Shown piece after piece: positions 9,369 to 21,500 of a stretch of 64,000 nt of DNA; the stretch's first letter is position 1; the number at the start of each line of letters is the position of its first letter. Made by a program: the position numbers and the translations under genes. This DNA is from Andalucia godoyi And28. Its lineage: Eukaryota > Protista > Jakobida. The notes under the pieces were generated by a model. The model made no database searches, was not told the DNA's origin, and saw nothing but the letters and a program-made list of their open reading frames with translations. Location: NCBI GenBank assembly GCA_009859145.1, contig VRVR01000003.1, forward strand, positions 7,066 to 71,065, written 5' to 3'.

Positions 9369-11114
9369 TCAGCTGAAAAACTTCTGCAAATGCGAATCGA
9401 ACATGGTGGGATCCAGTTCAAAGCCTTCATCAGACGACGGAGTACCCGACACCAACCGTGCAGCAACTCGCTCGACATTGACTCCAGCCCATTTTCCAAA
9501 CGAGAGGAAATGAGTTCGAGAATCATATCCCGGAGGAATGACTTCAATGACTTCAGTGGACTGGTCTACATACAGAACATGAGACAGCGCCGCACCGTGG
9601 ACCGCAATCAGCACCTTGGCAGAACGGAATGCCTTAATTTGGTCTGCAAGGGTCATAGACGAGCACGAGATCGGAACAAAAGTAAACCCAAGCTCATCCG
9701 CCTTCTCTGCAAAGTAATCTTCGATCTGGCCGCGATTCAACAATCGACGAGCAGTGTGTCCTTGCTTGCGGGGATGCGCAAAGTAATCTTCGCGAAACTC
9801 AAACACCACAACAGGCTTCCCGGATCCATCGTACAAGGGATTCGTCGGTGTGATGCTCGCCACATCGAACTGATTGATCACAAAGTCTCCGAACTGTCGA
9901 ACAACGGGCTGGTATCCGCAGTCGTGCCGCGGGATTAAATTGGTCGCTGAAAGATAACCGGCGGGGACGAAGATCGCTCTCTCGATACAAACCCTGGATC
10001 CGCGATATGCCCCAATGTACTCCACACTGCCTGAAAATACTGTTGTCCAGAAAGCATCCATGTGACTCTGTGGATGAGCATCCAAAAACAGTATCGTCAC
10101 GTCCGAAACCTCATCCAGCAGTTCAAAAAGTTTGAGAGAGAAAAATGTGTTAAAAAAGTCCGTAGTAGAGTGGTATAAATTCGCGTATTCATACCGCATG
10201 GTCATCAACACAGTGTCGAGATGCACATCGCATTTCTCGCTGCTCCTTGCGGAGACGTCTTGTATCGCCTTGAACACATCGTTCATGTAGAAACGGCCAG
10301 AAATGCGATCGTCCGCAGCATTACGAGGCGCATCCTCCATAAGAAACGCACCGGGATTGAAAACCAGGTATTCATCATCTTCCGACTGACCCTTGACTTG
10401 AACGGGATCCTCGCCGCCCACAGCTCTGCCTCTCCACTTGATCTTGCTGGTGTCAATAACCAGATTCGAAAACAAGCACGAAGATGCCTGCAAAGCATCA
10501 TTGTGCAAACATAGATGTCCTTGAGTATCCGACTGAAAAACAGGCTTCCAAGAAGAGGCTGCAAAGTACTCCGCGCAGCCACCAGTAGGCTTTCGTGGTG
10601 GTTGTCCATCTGCGCCGAAACTCGCTCGGTCGTTGGATTTCGCTGATTTCTTGAGGACCGGATGGGATTCCGGAACCTTGTGGATCTTTGGTTTCGATTG
10701 CTGATTCGGAGGCGATGTTGGCAGCGATGTTGGCGGCGATGTTGGCGGCGATGTTGGCACCGGCTTCCGTCTGTCCTTTTCCGTTTTTACTCCAGAGCCC
10801 GGTTTCTCATCTTCGATGGAACTGTGCGAAGATATGCTCGAGGATTTCTGAATGTCTTGATTGCCGTTGAGCTCAGAGGGAGACCGCTGCCGTGGAGACT
10901 TCGTCTTCACGGCCTCCAACTTTGGCTCTTTCCGAAAAATGGCAGGATCGGATGCCGAGGATAGTCGCGTGGTTTCGGGATTCAGCAATGGCTGGTGAAC
11001 ATCTTCCGAAAGAGAGTCCAGAACCGTTCGCAGTGTCAGCAACAGCAAAACACTCAGCAAGCATACCAACGGAATATTCGCAGACAGAATAGATGTACGA
11101 GACGAGCCGATCAT
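9369..11114 (-). CDS. Glycosyltransferase family 61, plant beta-1,2-xylosyltransferase (XylT)-like, type II Golgi membrane protein
   Basis: N-terminal TM anchor and a Ser/Pro-rich stem with a 12-nt PPTS repeat. Motifs: MRYEYANLYHSTTD, FLDAH...DAFWTTVFSG, REDYFAHPR...RRLLN, QIKAFRSAKVLIAVHGAALSH, HFLSFGKW. Confidence 0.85.
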   Translation of the reverse strand: MIGSSRTSILSANIPLVCLLSVLLLLTLRTVLDSLSEDVHQPLLNPETTRLSSASDPAIFRKEPKLEAVKTKSPRQRSPSELNGNQDIQKSSSISSHSSIEDEKPGSGVKTEKDRRKPVPTSPPTSPPTSLPTSPPNQQSKPKIHKVPESHPVLKKSAKSNDRASFGADGQPPRKPTGGCAEYFAASSWKPVFQSDTQGHLCLHNDALQASSCLFSNLVIDTSKIKWRGRAVGGEDPVQVKGQSEDDEYLVFNPGAFLMEDAPRNAADDRISGRFYMNDVFKAIQDVSARSSEKCDVHLDTVLMTMRYEYANLYHSTTDFFNTFFSLKLFELLDEVSDVTILFLDAHPQSHMDAFWTTVFSGSVEYIGAYRGSRVCIERAIFVPAGYLSATNLIPRHDCGYQPVVRQFGDFVINQFDVASITPTNPLYDGSGKPVVVFEFREDYFAHPRKQGHTARRLLNRGQIEDYFAEKADELGFTFVPISCSSMTLADQIKAFRSAKVLIAVHGAALSHVLYVDQSTEVIEVIPPGYDSRTHFLSFGKWAGVNVERVAARLVSGTPSSDEGFELDPTMFDSHLQKFFS

Positions 11115-11512
11115 GTTTGCATACAACACGCAATAGAGCCGAGTGAACAATCAGCAAACATACATATTTATTGGATTTGGGAGGGGAAAAAAAAAAAAAT
11201 TTAATGGCTCTCGATTGGGGAATGCAGACCTCGATGGGAAGGGCTGGTTCCCGAGTCCCCCAACTGTCTACTGTATCACCCGCCAAGTCATCGGCTAAGC
11301 TGTCACCGAAGACAGATCCAAAGCCGCGTGTTCTTTCATTTTTTGCTATCTATTTGGAGCAAGCACCAGCCGTTTCTGGGTTCATTCTCCTTTTGGGTTC
11401 CAGCGCATCGACAGCTGCAGGTGTCCAGAAAAGCTCCAGGAACTGCTGCGCCGTGTTTTTTCCCGATTGGAGCCGACGACCGCGCACACACGGACCACTG
11501 CTACAACCAATC

Positions 11513-12583
11513 ATGTCAGAAGCGGATGCATTCACTGCCAATATTGTATCGCATGAATCTGCCGCTCTAGGTCCTTATTGCCCGTTAGGAGTCGGCCAAA
11601 TACACCATGTATCGTTTGTTGACAGTTTCGGCCAGTCCATCCGACTGTGCTACATACTGTATCGATCTCCGAGTGGCACACATGTTCACGGCTGTCCGCT
11701 CCGGTCGCCGGTTCTTTCGGAACGTCTTTCACGAATTTCAGATTGCGAGTGCGTGCTGGAAGAGACAGCTGACCAGCTCCAGGTGCCTGAAAGGAAGAAG
11801 AACCGCATCTTGTTCATCCAAGGACTTGGAACACCCGGTTCCGCATGGCAATTTCAGGTGGATCTGCTCTTAAGAACAAGCAGCTGCGAAATTCTTGTCT
11901 TTGACAATCGCGGCTGCGGATTCTCCAGCTATCCCAAGAAAGGATACAAAACATCCGAGATGGCTCGGGATACCCTGCAGCTGCTGACGCATGTGGGTTG
12001 GTTACCGCAAGAGGTGCACATAGTCGGATTTTCTCTGGGAGGCATGATTGCCCAAGAGCTCGCCTTGCTGTTGGGCAACGCAGCATCACTGAGCTTGCTA
12101 GCCACACATTGCGGAGGCGTGCGGGCGTTCTTCCCTCCGCTCAAGGGCGTCGTCAATCTGTTTTTGAACAGCTTGGTATTTAAGAAGCCGGAGCAAAGAC
12201 TCGAGAGAATGCTCCACACCATCTACCAACGCGAAGATACCCGCAGAAAAATGCGAGACTGGCACGTCCAGAGGATTGCTCGATATCCTTTGCCGCCGCC
12301 TCACGCGTTCATCGGGCAAAGCCTCGGAGCATTGACACACTTCATCACCAGTGAAAAAGCCACAAAGTTAAGGGCGCTGAACTGTCCGAAACTTGTGATT
12401 GGTGTTTGCAACGACAACATGGTGAGGCTGTCAAATTCTGTGGTCTTGGCAGATCTTCTGCATGCAGAATGCGTTGTTCTGCCGAACTGCGGTCACAATG
12501 TTCCGGTGGAGGAGAGCCTGCGGGTCACAGAGCTTCTGATTCACAATTTTGCGAAATCGGCAGAGTTTCATCACTGCTCCTGA
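11513..12583 (+). CDS. Alpha/beta-fold hydrolase
   Basis: Oxyanion region FIQGLG, motif FDNRGCGFSS, nucleophile GFSLGG, acid NDNMV, catalytic His CGHNVP. The start is uncertain: the frame is open from ATG 11204. Confidence 0.88.
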   Translation: MSEADAFTANIVSHESAALGPYCPLGVGQIHHVSFVDSFGQSIRLCYILYRSPSGTHVHGCPLRSPVLSERLSRISDCECVLEETADQLQVPERKKNRILFIQGLGTPGSAWQFQVDLLLRTSSCEILVFDNRGCGFSSYPKKGYKTSEMARDTLQLLTHVGWLPQEVHIVGFSLGGMIAQELALLLGNAASLSLLATHCGGVRAFFPPLKGVVNLFLNSLVFKKPEQRLERMLHTIYQREDTRRKMRDWHVQRIARYPLPPPHAFIGQSLGALTHFITSEKATKLRALNCPKLVIGVCNDNMVRLSNSVVLADLLHAECVVLPNCGHNVPVEESLRVTELLIHNFAKSAEFHHCS

Positions 12584-12636
12584 GGGACGATCTCCTCCGT
12601 CTTGCGAGACTTTATTTACACAATCCTCCCTTATAA

Positions 12637-12706
12637 TTTATTATTATTATTATTACTATTATTATTATTGTTATTGTTATTGTTATTGTTATTGTTATTG
12701 TTATTG

Positions 12707-12738
<32 letters not shown>

Positions 12739-12752
12739 GGTGGTGGTGGTGG
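12637..12752. repeat. Compound microsatellite (TTA)n-(TTGTTA)n-(TTG)n-(TGG)n between convergent genes
   Basis: Read directly from the sequence. Confidence 0.95.
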
Positions 12753-12790
12753 CTGTTCTTTTATCATCCGTTTTCCACCCCCGTCTTTTA

Positions 12791-14305
12791 TTACGTGCCG
12801 CCAGCACAATGATTCTGCAATACCTTAGAGTTCTCGAGAAGCGATCGGAGCATCAGACAACTCAGGGTCCACAATTTGGGATGACCCATAATCTTTGGAG
12901 GATCTTGAATGATCAGTCGATCATGCCGAAACACCCACACGAATGGACAATCCGATTCAAACAGAGCAGGGTCAGCAACCGATTCTCGGTACTGCTCTCG
13001 CGTGAGCACATCGACAAGAAAAACACAACCTAGCAGTCTGGACGTTGGAAAATCAAGGCTGTCGACTGCTGAACTTCCTCGCAGCTCTCGGTACGTTGAC
13101 AGAATAGCATCGACTTCGTAATTATCTGCCACGGAGGCCGTCGATGCAATCCACATCCAGCCGCGATATGCAGTCGACCACGATCGTCCCTCAACATACT
13201 TCACATCGTGAATCAACAACGACGCCCAAGGCTGATGCATGGACAACACCATATTCTCTTCGTTGCGCTGCGCAACAATTTCCATTTCCAAAAGATCTGC
13301 AAACTCAAGGACCTTGGAGGAATCCGCAAGCAAAAGACTATTCTTGGTTGCACGCAAGCTCTCAGGGCTCCGTGGTTTCGGCAAGGAAGTCTGCGGCTGA
13401 TAGAACGACGAAGCGCCTCCTGCGCTGCGCTCGGACTGCTGTTGCTGATCTATCTCCTCAAATGCATCTTCTGAGCGGCAATCCGTTGACAGGAACCCGG
13501 AAGTAAGATCAATGTTGATGAAGCGAAAATTCCGCGCCAATTCCTTCTCGTGATCCAAGTGTTCCTGCTCAATCTTCTTTGCCTTCTTCTCTTCTGCAGT
13601 CTTCCACGACGATGCTTGCACAGAAAAGTAATCGCTTTCGTCGTCCACAACGCGGGAGTTCGACTTTGGGTCTGTTTCGTTCGAAAGAAGGACATTACGC
13701 CTTCGAAGCGCGTCGGCAAATGCCAAGTTCAAATGCAGGTCTTCAGGGATGTGATCGTGTGCCGTGACTTCCTCTCCGCAGAAAAAGCAAGGACCGAGCT
13801 TTTCTCGAGCACAGACAATGCGACCACAATTTCGACACGAACCAAGGAAATCATGTCGCCGCCCCTGACAATCGCATTCTTCGCGATCGCGGTTCTGCAG
13901 GTCAATGTCAAACGGATTCCACGACAACAAGCTGTGCTTCTTCTCTGGCCTTCGCTTGCCGGTCTTCATTGCAGACGGTGTAATCTGCCCTTGGTTTCGG
14001 TATAAATGCTGCAGTGAAACCTTGACCTTGGCAGTCGACCGGCGGTTCCTTGCTAGACCATCCGGAAAGAGCTTCTGCAGCAGTGCCTTCCGCAAGTGAT
14101 CGACTTGGTCTTTTGGGCCTCTAATGAGCTCGCAAAACGCCTCTACATCCGCATCGGAAACATCTTCCGACACAAATTCCTCGGTCAGCGACAGTGCCTC
14201 ATCGACAGAATAGGAAAACGTGAACACCAGCACATCCGTCAACCACTTCTGAAACGGTCCGCAGTGCACTCTTCCCTCTTCATTCCCCCCTTCTTTGGCA
14301 TCCAT
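12791..14305 (-). CDS. TRIP4: Activating signal cointegrator 1 (ASC-1/TRIP4/Rqt4)
   Basis: C2HC5 zinc finger CDCQGRRH...CRNCGRIVC...GPCFFCG, motif VVDDESDYF, and C-terminal ASCH domain LSMHQPWASLL...VEGRSWSTAYRG. Confidence 0.93.
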   Translation of the reverse strand: MDAKEGGNEEGRVHCGPFQKWLTDVLVFTFSYSVDEALSLTEEFVSEDVSDADVEAFCELIRGPKDQVDHLRKALLQKLFPDGLARNRRSTAKVKVSLQHLYRNQGQITPSAMKTGKRRPEKKHSLLSWNPFDIDLQNRDREECDCQGRRHDFLGSCRNCGRIVCAREKLGPCFFCGEEVTAHDHIPEDLHLNLAFADALRRRNVLLSNETDPKSNSRVVDDESDYFSVQASSWKTAEEKKAKKIEQEHLDHEKELARNFRFINIDLTSGFLSTDCRSEDAFEEIDQQQQSERSAGGASSFYQPQTSLPKPRSPESLRATKNSLLLADSSKVLEFADLLEMEIVAQRNEENMVLSMHQPWASLLIHDVKYVEGRSWSTAYRGWMWIASTASVADNYEVDAILSTYRELRGSSAVDSLDFPTSRLLGCVFLVDVLTREQYRESVADPALFESDCPFVWVFRHDRLIIQDPPKIMGHPKLWTLSCLMLRSLLENSKVLQNHCAGGT

Positions 14306-14647
14306 TTGCGTCTATAATTTATCCTGCTGTTGCTCGTTCCCTCCGAATTCCAAAGTCCACAGTTTGGCAAGTCGGTTTTTCTTTCTTTTCTTTCTTCTTT
14401 TTTATTATTTTTAAATTATATAGATTTATTTACCTTTATTATTTTGAAATTTTGAAACTTTTGAAATGGAGGACAGCCTCTACTGCGCCACTGTAAAAAA
14501 TATATAGAACAGGCCCTTTCCTTCACGGATTTTGAACTTCCTTTAAAGCCGTCTGGGATTCAAGTTTGGGCTTTTCTCTCGTTTGTCGATTGTTTGTTCT
14601 CCGTTTTGTTTTTTTCCCGTGGGGTGGGCGTTTTGTAGGAGAGAAAA

Positions 14648-15379
14648 ATGACTCGCAGTCGATACTTCGTTACGGGAGCAAATCGAGGAATTGGGCTGGC
14701 GTTTGTCAAGCACTTACTTTCATTGCCGTCCACTGAGGTTGTTGTTGCAGGAGTGCGAAACCCGTCCAAGGAGCACTGCGCTGAACTGCATGATATGGCG
14801 GCTTCCGACGCAGCGACGAGATCCAAGCACAGGCTTCACATTCTTGAGCTTGATGTTTCGAACCCTTACTCCGTGCAAGCTTGCGCCGAGACGGTCTCCA
14901 TGATAACGGATGGCATGGATGTGCTGGTCAACAATGCGGGCATGCTGATCCATCGTGACACAGACACAACGAACATCTCGGATATGGTCAGGACGTTTGA
15001 GACAAACACGTGTGGCCCGTTGCTTGTTGCGCAGACTCTGAAGCCGTTGTTAAAAAAGGGCCGTCAGCCGCTGGTGTGGAACATCTCTTCGGGACTGGGC
15101 TCCATCGGTGACAATTCCAGCGGTGGATATCTGGCGTATCGTGTTTCAAAGGCAGGGTTGAATATGGTTACCAAGACACTTAGTTTGGAGTGGAAAGACG
15201 ACGGCATCGCAGTTGTCTCTGTGTGTCCTGGGTACGTCAAGACTGACATGTCGCCGGATGGCAACGTCGCTCCGGAGGATACGGTCCGCGCTCAGACAAG
15301 CTTGTGGAAAGACATTGACAGCGTGTCCGAGATGAACGGCAAGTTCTTCAACCGACACGGAAAACTCTTCGAGTGGTGA
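14648..15379 (+). CDS. Short-chain dehydrogenase/reductase, CsgA/C-factor-like
   Basis: TGANRGIG, NNAG, NISSGLGS, catalytic YRVSK, and VCPGYVKTDM. Confidence 0.92.
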   Translation: MTRSRYFVTGANRGIGLAFVKHLLSLPSTEVVVAGVRNPSKEHCAELHDMAASDAATRSKHRLHILELDVSNPYSVQACAETVSMITDGMDVLVNNAGMLIHRDTDTTNISDMVRTFETNTCGPLLVAQTLKPLLKKGRQPLVWNISSGLGSIGDNSSGGYLAYRVSKAGLNMVTKTLSLEWKDDGIAVVSVCPGYVKTDMSPDGNVAPEDTVRAQTSLWKDIDSVSEMNGKFFNRHGKLFEW

Positions 15380-15581
15380 TGTCGCTCATAAACAGTGCAA
15401 ATGTAGGAGCAGTTGTTGTTGTTGTATGTATGCATGGTGTGATGAACTCATTTTTGTGGTTGTAATTACTGTTTTCTTCTTCTTTTAATTTCATTAAACA
15501 ACAGGATGTGGTGGTTTTTCAGAGCATGAAATCATCCATGCATGCATTCAGATTGGCATCTGACGACGAAACTCCAGAACA

Positions 15582-18500
15582 CTAAGCTGGTAAGCCACGA
15601 ACGTAGAATACCCAAGGAGGACACTTGTCATTCGATACCACAAGCTTTCCGACGACAGGGGCGGTTGCGGTGCCCGAAGGCTTGTACTGCACTGCAAAGG
15701 CAGCTGCTTTGCCAGCAGGCACCGTTTCGGTAGGCTTCACAATAAACGCCGGATTATCAATTGTCAAATTGAAAACCGCATTATCTTTGAAAACATTTGT
15801 GAACGGAATATTGACAGACTGGCCAGACTTCACGTCGAACGGCCCTTGCGGTCGCGGTGCTATGCACGCACCAGACAGCGTGAAGACATATTCTCCGCCT
15901 TGTGGATGAGATACGCGAAGAACGGCTTTGGAGGGTCCCAGAGATCGTGGGGTGAAGGAAACTGGAAGAGAAACTTCAATCCCGTCCTTACCAGAAGGAG
16001 AAGCCGCAGCCTTGACGGTCTTTGCAGCTTCAAAGTCCGACGGCTGCAGATCCACGTTGAAATCAATCGCATTCTTCGAGAAACTTGCAAACCGCACCGT
16101 TTGAGACAGCGTGGACCCGAGAGGAACTTCAAAATGATAAGACTTCTCCAGAGGAGCTGGATGTGCCGTCAAGTGCATAGTGTACGGAAACGCTCCTAAT
16201 TTGTCCGATTTCAACATCAGCGTCACATCCTTCTCATTTCCCGCCAACAATGGCATGAAAATGAGAGAAAGCGCCGTCTCCTGCATCGACTTCGCAACGA
16301 GGGGACCCTCAACAAACACAGAGGCCGAAGAACACGAAAGCGTCAGCGGGACATCCTCCGCCAATGGATTGTCAACGCGAAGTGCGTATGCGGACGGCTG
16401 ACGGACATGTGTTTCCAGACGAATCTCTGAAATCGGTTTCGGCGGAGAATGCTGAATAGAGATGTTGAAGAAGCAATATTCCCGGGTCTCGTCGTTGATA
16501 AACGTAATCTTTCCAGAGGTGGTGGACTCAACAAACGCATATATGGTCAATTTGAAATCGCGAGAAAGTCCCGCTGGAACGTCGATATAGTCCAGACACT
16601 TCACAGACGTAGCAGCGTGCTTATTCAGATCCATTACCACACGGAAACGTTGCGGTGCCCGCAGCCAGTTCTTCACCGTGAGAGAGTGTACGTACTGGGA
16701 TTTTGACGGAACAGTCACGGCCTGCGCTGCAGAAGCTTCTGCTACTGGCGCATTCGCTTCTCCCTCAAATGAAAACAGCAATGCGGATCCATCGGGACAC
16801 GGAATGAACATACTTCCCTTATGCAGCGCGCCAGCTGAAGTCATGGAAAGTGGGTGATACACTACGTCAATCTGCATTTGTTGTCCGGCGGCCACGTTGA
16901 CAACAGGAACATTAACTTTCCAGGCATCATTATCGATGATCGGCCGCAGATTCCACTCCGTCTTTGAAGGATTCTTGATGGTAACCTTCTTCGAAACAGG
17001 CGTGCGAACAGCGGTTGAGAAGCGAATAGTTTCCGAAGCAGGAGGCTTGACAACACATGTGCCGGAACACGAAATAGGCAAGGGCTCCGAGAGGCCTTCG
17101 ACGTAAACAGCAAACTTGGCTGATCGCTCTTCAGGGTGTGTCCCGGAAAGCGAAGACGGGCAGAAGACAACTTCCACGGTGCCATCCGCATGTGGAGCCA
17201 CGAAACCGTCCACCGGAGAAAGAGAAAAGTCCGTGCCCGGGGATAACCGAGCGACTTTAAAAGCAACTCCGATGTCTCCCGAGTTCTCGATCATGATCTT
17301 TTGGATCGAAGACGACCGCTCCACAACCGGACCAAAAGACACAATGGACGGGTCGAGCTTGACTTCGAACCCTTGAGCCGTTCCTGACATTGAAAACAAA
17401 GGCAGGGTCTGCCCATTCATCGTTAGCGGAACCGCAAGGTTTTTGAAAGGCCGCACTCGAAGCTGAGGAGCAAAAACGACATTCAAGTACACAGACTGCG
17501 ATGGTCTGCAAACGAACTGCGAAGGCTGCACGGTGATGCCAAGCTCCCGCAACGCCTGCTCGTCAATTGCTATGGAAGCAGCAATCTTGGACTTGTTCGT
17601 GATCCCAACAGACCGCGAAGAAGAGTCGCCAACCCGGACAGAACCAAAAGAAACAGATTGATGAGCAGCATTCACCAGCTCCAGTCTGGGAACTGTGCCC
17701 TCTCCCTCGATTGTCAAATTGATTGTCGAAGCAGCCAATCCATTCACTTCGATTGGAACGACGTCTCTGTATTTCTTCGCTTCTCGAGGATAGAAAGATA
17801 TCTGAATAACCTGTGATTGGCCGGGCTTCAGCACCGTGGGTGATGCTTTCACCTCAAGATGAGCAGAATTCTCGAACAGCACATCGAACGAGACATCCGT
17901 AGAATCGTCATTGTACACAACCAGATTTGTACTGGAGGGAGTCGCACCAGGATGATAGATGAAAGACGGTCCAAAGTCAAAGTAGTAGAACGAGAAGCGC
18001 AGCTGCGGGCGCGCAGCCCATCCGGAGAGCTCGAACAAATAGGTCCTGCCATTTGTCACTTTGCACACTGATTTGAATCTATCCAAACGGACCTCGGCGG
18101 TTGGTGCAAACGCCACCGTCACCAGGGAAGTCTCTCCTTTTGGCACGGTTCCCATGGTCGGCGAAAACGACAAGTGTTTCGAGGAAGAAGAGGAGAAGTT
18201 GTAATCAAACGGATACCGACCACTGTTGACAATGCGCAAACGCTTTTCGACAGATTGTCCAACATAAATCCTGCCAAAATCAATTGAATTCACATTGGAT
18301 ACGCCACCAAACACTTCCACAGTCGTGCCATCCACATCAATCACATACAAACTGTCTTTCACCATGTATGCATCTCCCTTCACATTCAAATTCAGCGGAG
18401 TCGGCTTCTTCTTCACCACACACCTCAAGTTAATGTTATAGGACTGTTCTACGTCGGGAGCGAACGTCAGTTCGACTGGAGTCTGGCCTTCCGCAGGCAC

Positions 18501-21500
18501 CGTTCCGGACAGCGGAGATACACGAACAATCTGGTTGGAATCACTCGTGGAATCCAAGTTTTCAAAAGAGAATGCAAATGGGAGATGCTCCCGATTGACA
18601 AGCTGCACAATCTCTGTCGCGCGCCGGCCAACCAGCAATGGCCGGAACAACACGTGCCCCTTTTCGAATAAAACATCGGGCTCTGCAGCCCGACCGACAA
18701 CCATCAGCGGAATGGCAATGCTGTGGGACTTGATTTCGAAAGACCAGAATGCTTCGGAGACGGAGAGAGAATCTGGAATGAATTCGAAAACAAGTTCGAA
18801 CTTCTTCCCCGAGTGGATTGTGCCGTATTGTGTCAAGCAGCGGACGCCGGGAGCACGAGCATTTGCAACGCCTGGGACAAGAACAAAGTCATACGAAAGA
18901 TTCGTCGGATTCAGGACATAAAATCGTCTAACATTTCGAACCTTCACGCCTCGGGATTCGATTTCGAGGACGCGCGTTTCTGGATTGAGCGGACCTACGA
19001 CGCCATCCGGACCGGGCAAGCCAGGAAGACGCTTCGTAGAAATATAATCCGTAGAAAACTGAGTTTCGAAATGAACGATAGGACATTCCGGAACACCTAC
19101 TAAATGAACACTGCGGCATCCTTCAGAAGCACGATCCAGGCCAACGATCGAAATAGAAACATCGGCAGTGTGCGGCAGCATATCTTGGGGTTTGTAGGAG
19201 ACGGCCAGCTCCAACGACTGGTCAGGGTCAACAGAGAATTGCGCTGGGGAAACGGAGAATGTGGACAAATCCGTGTCCGGATCCGAGAAGGTTACGGAAG
19301 TTGTTCCAGAAAACGGAATCTTCGACGTGTTGCGAATGCGAAGTTTGTGCATGCGCGAAGAGAACAAGAACGTTGACCGGAAAACAATGTCAGAGAGATC
19401 AACATCGCAGGAGACGACATCTGCCGTTCCTTCCATTGGCAGCAAAACATCCTGAGAGGAAGTATCAATATTTTCAAACTTCGGTTCCGGAATGGGTTGG
19501 ACGAATTTCACAGTCTTCCCGCTGCTGTCACGATCCCAGGAAACAGAAACCTTTCGGTCGTCCCAGTCATTCACGTCCTCATCGTCTTCTCCGTCTTCTT
19601 GTGAACCGTGAGGATTGACCACAATTCGGATCCGTTTAAAACTGACTTTCAGAGATGCTTGGAGCGCAGCGAGCGACACGCTTGCATTGGGTGACCAGGT
19701 GAGAACGACAGATTTCGACGACCTTCCTAGAAGGTGCCCAATGCTCGGTGTCATTTTAACTCCCTCTGCCTTCAGAACACATGCTTCGAAACGGACAACA
19801 TCCGCGGACAAGTTTCGAACAAGGAAATCGATCTTCTTCGGGCAGCCAACAGGACACTCACCCAGAGAAACCGCGTCGGAACGATCGTCAGGCAGATTTT
19901 CAATCACAAGGTTTTGCAAATAGCAAACGGCCTTCAACTTGATAACATTGTCCTCAAACGTATTCTTCGAAACCTGGAGCTTCAAGGCACCCTCAAACGA
20001 CCCTTCAGTGGAAGAAGCAAAGACAACATCAAGCGATCGCGATTCAGACGGGCTCAGCTGGAATGAAGAACCACCCGCCAGTTCATACCCACTACCAGAC
20101 AAAAGAGCTTGAACGTGTGCCACAACGGATCCATGGTTTCGCACACGAATGGACTGCTTCATCGTCTTGGACGCAACAACCCGACCGAAATCCAAAACAT
20201 ACCCGGTGCCGCTCTTTGGCTCGGGCTTCTCGATTGAGATATGCGGAAGCGTTGCATCACCGCGCATCTCAAACTTCAGGTCCGACGCACTACCGTTTCC
20301 CTTGGGAACGGCTTTGAACGTCGCGGAGAACGCCCCAAGCTTCGAAGGTTTGAAGGAAACTGCAACGTATCGAGACTCGTGTGAGGGAATCGTCAGGTAC
20401 GTAGAATCGCAGAAGAAAGTGTCCTTGGAAACATCAGAAGACGGTATAATCTCGATGTTCACATCCACAGGAACTTTCTGGGGATTTGCAATCTTGAAGC
20501 GCTCCGATGCATCCTCTCCGACAAGGAATGTCCCAAACGAAAACACCCTCAGCTGAGAAACGAACACGCTCTTAAGTTCATTCAGCGATTCAGCGCCATG
20601 GACAACTTGCTGCTCTTCAAAAATAGATACGAGATCTGTGGTGTTGATTCCAGGGATGCACGACTCTGCCTCAAGCATATACGGGAGACCTTGCGGAAAC
20701 GCATTTGGATCCCGATCACGAACATGCAGATACACCTGCCTCGAAAACGCACCCGGTTCTCGAGAAGCAAACGTGACACTGATCGCCTCTGTTGCACCAG
20801 GAGCCAGACTACCCAGGGCAGGAGCGACCGAAAAGGGTCCGATCGATAAAGACTGTCCTCCGGCAGGCGCACTGGCCTTCTTGGAATCCTTTACGTTCGA
20901 CACCGCAGGTACTTGTGCACTGAAATCAAACGTTGGGTTTTCGGAAACTGCAAAATCAAACGAAAAATGACCATCGTTCCGAATGTCCAGCTTGCGGACC
21001 TTCGAAGAGTCAAACAGAATCGGTCCAAAATTGAGACCGAACGGAGGAGATATCGTAAACTTGCTGAACACGGCACGTGAAGACACCGCAAGCGTGAATT
21101 TACCGACATGCTCTTTCGTGCCGGGATCCGAATATTCGCAATGAATGTCACGCATATTCGTGAATGTCTGTTCGTTGTCCGCCTTGAAAATCACACGAAT
21201 AGGAACCTTTTCTTTCCCTCCTGCCTTCAAAATACCTGTCAGCGGCTCAATGCGAACAACATTCTGAAGCGAGCGCTTGGAAAACGAAAATTTGAATTCG
21301 ACTTCGTACTTGGTGTTCTTGTTCGACAGGGACATCTTTTGTTCATACTCTTGCCCGACCTTCACCACACCAAAATCAAAGATGCCTTCCTTTGGAATCT
21401 CGCACTCCACATCAACATCATACGTTTCCGCCTTCACAAGAATCTCCTTCTTTGAGACCTCCTTGCTGCTCGCGACATCCGCATACTGATCATACACATA

